In this document: one piece after another, positions 28,044 to 32,000 of the stretch
Numbering within the stretch: position 1 is the first letter of the stretch
How the letters are laid out: each line of letters starts with the position of its first letter
Assembly: GCF_002075285.3 (NCBI RefSeq)
Contig: NZ_CP021983.2
Coordinates: 3,000,001-3,032,000 of the forward strand
Reading direction: 5' to 3'
Length of the DNA stretch: 32,000 nucleotides
From: Halomicronema hongdechloris C2206
Lineage (GTDB): Bacteria > Cyanobacteriota > Cyanobacteriia > Phormidesmidales > Phormidesmidaceae
Made by a program: the position numbers and the translations under genes
Notes under the pieces: model-generated
What the model was told of the DNA's origin: nothing
The model's database searches: none
Seen by the model: only the letters and a program-made list of their open reading frames with translations

Positions 28044-29282
28044 ATGATGTGGAATATATTGAAGCGGCTCACTGCTTGGCAGAAGCCCATTGGTTTAGCT
28101 GGCGTATTGTTAGGATTAACCCTCGTAGCAGGTGCTGGCGCTGTCTACGTGCAGGCTTCCGACCATGATGATGGCGAAACCGACATCAAGGGACGCAATC
28201 TCAACCTGACCGATTTGTACGTGTTTCGCGAACGGGATCAGAATCCCAATGCTGCCGCTGGGAATTTGGTCTTCATTATGAACACCAACCCGCGATCGCT
28301 GGCACGACAGCAATACTATTTCAGCACGCGGGCTCAGTATGAATTTAAGGTGACACAGGTCGCTGATGTGGATGATGCCCCTACGGGTGTTGCAGACGTC
28401 ACCCTGCGATTCCAATTTCAGCCGCCTGACCAGAACAATCAGCAAACCTTTACGGTGACGGCGCTCAAAAACGGCCAGACCTTTACTGGGCAGGGGCAGA
28501 CAACGCCGATTACCAATACCCCAGAGGTGAACACAGTCTCCCTGGGGGGCACCAACCTGAAAGTATTTGCTGGTCTGCGAGAAGATCCGTTCTTCTTTGA
28601 TGTGGAGCAATATTTCCGGGTGCGCGCCGGAGCCTTGGATATCGGCCCCGCTGTCGGCTTCCGTGACCCCAGCACCGCAGTGGACTTTGCGGCTGGCTAC
28701 AACGTCAACGCGATCGCAGTTCAGGTACCCATTTCCTTCTTACAGGGCTCGTCGCAGGCCAGCACCTTCGATGTGTGGGAAACCATCTCTGTTCCAGCGG
28801 CTGGCGGCAAATTCAACCAGGTCGAGCGGTTGGCACGTCCTGCTATCAACGAGGGCTTGATCGTCACGAATGACCTGCTCAATACCCTCAACAGCGTTGG
28901 CCCCGACTTTGAAGCCGCTGCTCTAGCTGGACAACAGCCTGCTGCGAATGCAGCGGCGCCGATTGTCAACGAAGCGACGCAGACCTTACTGGCGATCGGC
29001 AATAGTGACGATCGTGCCGATGCATTGCTGGGGGCCTTTTTACCTGATGTGATGCGGATTGACACCACTGGCCCTAGTGGCTACGCCAACGCGCTCAATG
29101 CCCAAGGGAGTCCCGTGCGCGGTCGCTTATTGAAGGATGACGTGGTGGATATCACCCTCTCCGTGTTGACCAACGGTACCATCACCACTGACAACGTCTC
29201 CTACGACGGTACACCGGGGAATCCAGCGCAAGGACACCAACCGCTGGTGCCTGCCTTCCCGTATCTGGCACCGCCGAACTAG
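28044..29282 (+). CDS. DUF4331 family secreted protein
   Basis: 412-aa ORF with an N-terminal signal/anchor (GLAGVLLGLTLVAGAGAVYVQA) followed by SDHDDGETDIKGRNLNLTDLYVFRE and GLREDPFFFD, the pattern I associate with DUF4331. Confidence 0.8.
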   Translation: MMWNILKRLTAWQKPIGLAGVLLGLTLVAGAGAVYVQASDHDDGETDIKGRNLNLTDLYVFRERDQNPNAAAGNLVFIMNTNPRSLARQQYYFSTRAQYEFKVTQVADVDDAPTGVADVTLRFQFQPPDQNNQQTFTVTALKNGQTFTGQGQTTPITNTPEVNTVSLGGTNLKVFAGLREDPFFFDVEQYFRVRAGALDIGPAVGFRDPSTAVDFAAGYNVNAIAVQVPISFLQGSSQASTFDVWETISVPAAGGKFNQVERLARPAINEGLIVTNDLLNTLNSVGPDFEAAALAGQQPAANAAAPIVNEATQTLLAIGNSDDRADALLGAFLPDVMRIDTTGPSGYANALNAQGSPVRGRLLKDDVVDITLSVLTNGTITTDNVSYDGTPGNPAQGHQPLVPAFPYLAPPN

Positions 29283-29357
29283 GCGTTTGTCAGCCCTAAA
29301 AATGGGGTGAGCGTAGGTTGGGTGAAACGACGTGAACCCCAACAGTAGCCAGGGTTT

Positions 29358-29387
29358 GGTGGGGTGACGCTGGCGCTTCACCCCACC
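29358..29387 (+). other. GC-rich stem-loop in the DUF4331-TPR intergenic region
   Basis: ggtggggtga (29358-29367) pairs with tcaccccacc (29378-29387) around a 10-nt loop, with no following T tract. It is preceded at 29317-29343 by the imperfect palindrome gttgggtgaaacgacgtgaaccccaac. Confidence 0.4.
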
Positions 29388-29447
29388 GACAACGGCAAGC
29401 TTGCCTGAAACCCTCCCCTGGGAGATGTCATTCACCAGACGCCAATT

Positions 29448-30782
29448 ATGTTGACGCTAAAGTCGAATCAGACACCTGCTCAGCGCGTGCAACTTTCAAA
29501 GTCTACGATCGCGCTTGGGGCAGTCCTGACGGTGCTGCTGGCAGCCCCGACCGGATGGTATGTCCGGCACACTCTGGAGCAATCAGAAAGTCCCCATCCG
29601 TATCCCTTCTCGCTGACTGAGGGGACACGGGGGGAAGCGACGATCGAACGCAAAATTGCCTTTTATGAAGGGCGGATTCAGCGCAATCCTGGAGATGGGT
29701 TGGACCGCGCTGCTCTGGCCAGTGCCTACCTGGAGATGGCGCATGCCACCGGGGACGATCGCTGGTATCTGCTGGCCGAACAATCGGCCCAGCAATCACT
29801 GGCTAACCTTCCCTTTAGCAATGACGGAGCAGTGTTGGTGTTAGCCGAAATTGCCGAGGCTAAGCATGACTTTGCTGAGGCGATTCGCCTGGCGGAACAA
29901 GCATCGGGCGAGGACGCGCTGGCCCTCATCGTGACAGCCAAGTTGGCGATGGGAGAGGTTGCGGCAGCCAATGCCACTGCTGAGACCCTGGTGAATCTTA
30001 CCCCTTCGCTGGGGAGCCTGACTCTACGAGCCTTAACACGAGTGGCTCAGGGCGATCGCGAGGGCGCGTTACGAGATTTTCAACAAGCGATCGCGGCAGA
30101 AGAACCGGCTGACCCCAGTGGCTCTGCTTGGGCCAGAACCCTGCTGGGCCGGTTCTACGCTCAGCAAGGTGATCACGATCTGGCCGAACCGCTGTACCGC
30201 GAAGCTTTGGTGATTGATCCCAATAACACGCTGGCCCGCCTTCAACTGGCCGTGCTGAAAACCCGACTGGGCCACTATCGCGCGGCTGAACGCCACTATG
30301 CCCAGGTCAATGATCCGGTAGCGCTGCATGGATTGGCCCGGGTGCGATCGCTGCGCGGCGTGGCGACAACCGATGCCTGGGACACCGCTGAATCCGCCCT
30401 GCGCGAACACATCGACGAGAATGCCCTGGGGCACCGTCGCGACCTGGCTCATCTGCTGCTGGAACGCGGCCATGGTGAAGATGTGCCTGAAGCGATCGCG
30501 CTCCTGCAAACTGAGGTCCAAAATCGCCGCGATGCCGCAACGCTGGACCTGCTCGCCTGGGCTTTGACGCGGGGCGATCGCTGGCAAGAAGCTCAACAAG
30601 TCATTCAAGAGGCGCTGGATCACGGCATTCGAGACGCTGGTATCTTTTACCGAGCCGGCGTGATTGAGGCGGCTCTGAAGCATCCCCAGCAAGCGGAGCG
30701 CTATTTTCAGCAAGCCCAAGAGGCCGATCCGACGTTTGATGATCAGGTCCGCCACAGACTTGGTCTCGTTGCCCATCCTTAA
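29448..30782 (+). CDS. Tetratricopeptide-repeat protein with N-terminal membrane anchor
   Basis: 444-aa ORF with the TM segment IALGAVLTVLLAAPTGWYV and repeated Ala/Leu-rich TPR-like units (AALASAYLEMA, LLGRFYAQQGDHDLAEPLYREALVIDPNN, AERYFQQAQEADP). Confidence 0.82.
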   Translation: MLTLKSNQTPAQRVQLSKSTIALGAVLTVLLAAPTGWYVRHTLEQSESPHPYPFSLTEGTRGEATIERKIAFYEGRIQRNPGDGLDRAALASAYLEMAHATGDDRWYLLAEQSAQQSLANLPFSNDGAVLVLAEIAEAKHDFAEAIRLAEQASGEDALALIVTAKLAMGEVAAANATAETLVNLTPSLGSLTLRALTRVAQGDREGALRDFQQAIAAEEPADPSGSAWARTLLGRFYAQQGDHDLAEPLYREALVIDPNNTLARLQLAVLKTRLGHYRAAERHYAQVNDPVALHGLARVRSLRGVATTDAWDTAESALREHIDENALGHRRDLAHLLLERGHGEDVPEAIALLQTEVQNRRDAATLDLLAWALTRGDRWQEAQQVIQEALDHGIRDAGIFYRAGVIEAALKHPQQAERYFQQAQEADPTFDDQVRHRLGLVAHP

Positions 30783-30792
30783 ATCTGTCGCC

Positions 30793-32000
30793 ATGCTGCC
30801 AAAACGCCACCGATACAGTTTGCTCAGTCTCTTGGCTGGGATGATCGCGATTGGGCTGAGTCTCGTCACGACGAGTCCGAGCCTGGCTCACTGGGACGAT
30901 TTGGCTGCCGCCAAGCTGGTTGTGGGGGACACTGAGGTGCAGATGACCCTGACCTACCCCACCCGGTTGACCGCTTTTGCCGATGATGATGGCAATGGGC
31001 AACTCGCAGTTGCTGAGATTGACCGCCATCAGACTGCCTTGCAAGCGTTTTTGGGCGATCGCATTGCCTTAAAGGATGGCCTGAATCGTCTCGGCAGTCT
31101 GCAGGTGCAATCGGGAGAGGCGTTTGCCTCACCCATGTTGTCGGCGGCACCAGACAGCCATTCCACTTTGCAGCTTACCTATCGCTGGCCGGATGCGATG
31201 CAGGGCTTGGTGATGAACTACACCCTGTTTGTCCCCAATGCGCCAGAGGCCAGTTGTCTCGCCACCCTTGTCCAAGGGAATGAGTTGACGACCCATGTCT
31301 TTACGCCTCAGCAACCGACCTTCGCGTTGATGCCCGGGGGATTAAGATTCGGCGCAGGCACGTGGCTGTTGCCGTTGATCGGAGCCTTTGTTTGGGGGGC
31401 GGTGCATTCGCTGTCACCCGGGCACGGCAAAACCTTGATTGGTGCTTACCTGGTGGGCGAACGGGCCACGCCGTTACACGCGATTTTTCTGGCGATGACG
31501 ACCACTGTCACCCATACGCTTGGGGTGATTGCACTGGGCTTAGTGACGTTGTTGGCGGCACGCTATATTCTGCCCGAGCAGCTTTATCCCTGGCTGAGTT
31601 TGATCTCAGGGAGCTTAGTGATCGCGATCGGGCTCAATCTGCTTTGGCAACGGCGACGGCGGACGACGGCTGTGATAAGCGGACAGGTCCATTCCCATGG
31701 ACACGATCATGCTCATGCGCCGCATGCGCAGACTCATCCTCACGATCCCGGACATGTCCACCATCATTGCCACGATGCCGGCGGCGATCGCCATCATCAC
31801 CCCAGCCATTCCCATGCTCACCACCCCGCTGATCACGTCCACACCCACAGTAGGCATACCCATTCCCATCTACCGCTGACGACGGACAGCACGCCGGTAA
31901 CCTGGCGCAATTTACTCATGCTCGGATTCTCAGGCGGATTAGTGCCCTGTCCCGCTGCGCTGGTGCTGCTGTTGGGGGCGATCGCCCTGGGCAATACCCT
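30793..32000 (+). CDS. Nickel/cobalt transporter, RcnA/NicO family, with periplasmic N-terminal domain and His-rich loop; 3' end beyond the window
   Basis: It is absent from the ORF track because it has no stop in the window. Hand translation from ATG 30793 reads MLPKRHRYSLLSLLAGMIAIGLSLVTTSPSLAHWDD...AFVWGAVHSLSPGHGKTLIGAYLVGERATPLHAIFLAMTTTVTHTLGV...HSHGHDHAHAPHAQTHPHDPGHVHHHCHDAGGDRHHHPSHSHAHHPADHVHTHSRHTHSH...LMLGFSGGLVPCPAALVLLLGAIALGN. H..SPGHGK and GG.VPCP.A are NicO/RcnA signatures. The frame was verified against the ORF-track stops. Confidence 0.85.
   Translation, partial: MLPKRHRYSLLSLLAGMIAIGLSLVTTSPSLAHWDDLAAAKLVVGDTEVQMTLTYPTRLTAFADDDGNGQLAVAEIDRHQTALQAFLGDRIALKDGLNRLGSLQVQSGEAFASPMLSAAPDSHSTLQLTYRWPDAMQGLVMNYTLFVPNAPEASCLATLVQGNELTTHVFTPQQPTFALMPGGLRFGAGTWLLPLIGAFVWGAVHSLSPGHGKTLIGAYLVGERATPLHAIFLAMTTTVTHTLGVIALGLVTLLAARYILPEQLYPWLSLISGSLVIAIGLNLLWQRRRRTTAVISGQVHSHGHDHAHAPHAQTHPHDPGHVHHHCHDAGGDRHHHPSHSHAHHPADHVHTHSRHTHSHLPLTTDSTPVTWRNLLMLGFSGGLVPCPAALVLLLGAIALGNT

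Noticed and set aside
29503-31314. Minus-strand ORFs antisense to the TPR and NicO genes (e.g. 30069-30869 at 266 aa, 30601-31044, 30866-31150)
   Set aside because: The sense frames have clear TPR and NicO signatures. The antisense products are Arg/Gly/Pro-rich with no motifs.
31362-31879. ORFs 31362-31832 (+), 31615-31869 (-) and 31697-31879 (+, Met/Ile/Pro-rich)
   Set aside because: They are alternative frames of the CAT/CAC-rich His-loop coding region of the NicO gene, and so an artefact of codon repetition.

Overview
This looks like a chromosomal segment of a cyanobacterium, judged from the dense HIP1 octamer GCGATCGC, a PEP-CTERM protein and the gene content. The GC-rich backbone carries alaS, a GGDEF cyclase, an HEXXH membrane protease, a sugar-type ABC binding protein and ATPase, a DUF3616-like protein, an OmpR-type response regulator, a GyrA-family topoisomerase subunit, and a DUF4331 / TPR / His-rich NicO putative metal cluster. 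Two visibly AT-richer accessory segments interrupt it. (i) 1 to ~4740 holds a signal-peptide-less S1 serine protease translationally coupled to a giant beta-rich protein that runs off the left edge and is missing from the ORF track. (ii) ~11.6-18.2 kb holds vapBC, a small HsdR-C-terminal-like ORF, a 1126-aa single-chain fusion, an integrase remnant and an IS4/IS701-like transposase. The fusion joins a Schlafen/AlbA_2 plus RecG-C-like (COG2865-type) module to a catalytically dead MID-PIWI Argonaute. It is my top candidate for an undescribed defence system. The island borders are gene graveyards: an Omp85/TpsB fragment split by an IS1-like remnant plus a RadC remnant at 10.4-11.5 kb, and PIN, IS982 and rarD remnants at 26.2-27.0 kb. 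Three apparent frameshifts in two genes (two in the ABC ATPase, one in the PEP-CTERM gene) sit at G/C homopolymers, so sequencing error versus real decay needs resolving. I saw no rRNA, tRNA or CRISPR array. All family names come from motif recognition by eye, not from searches.
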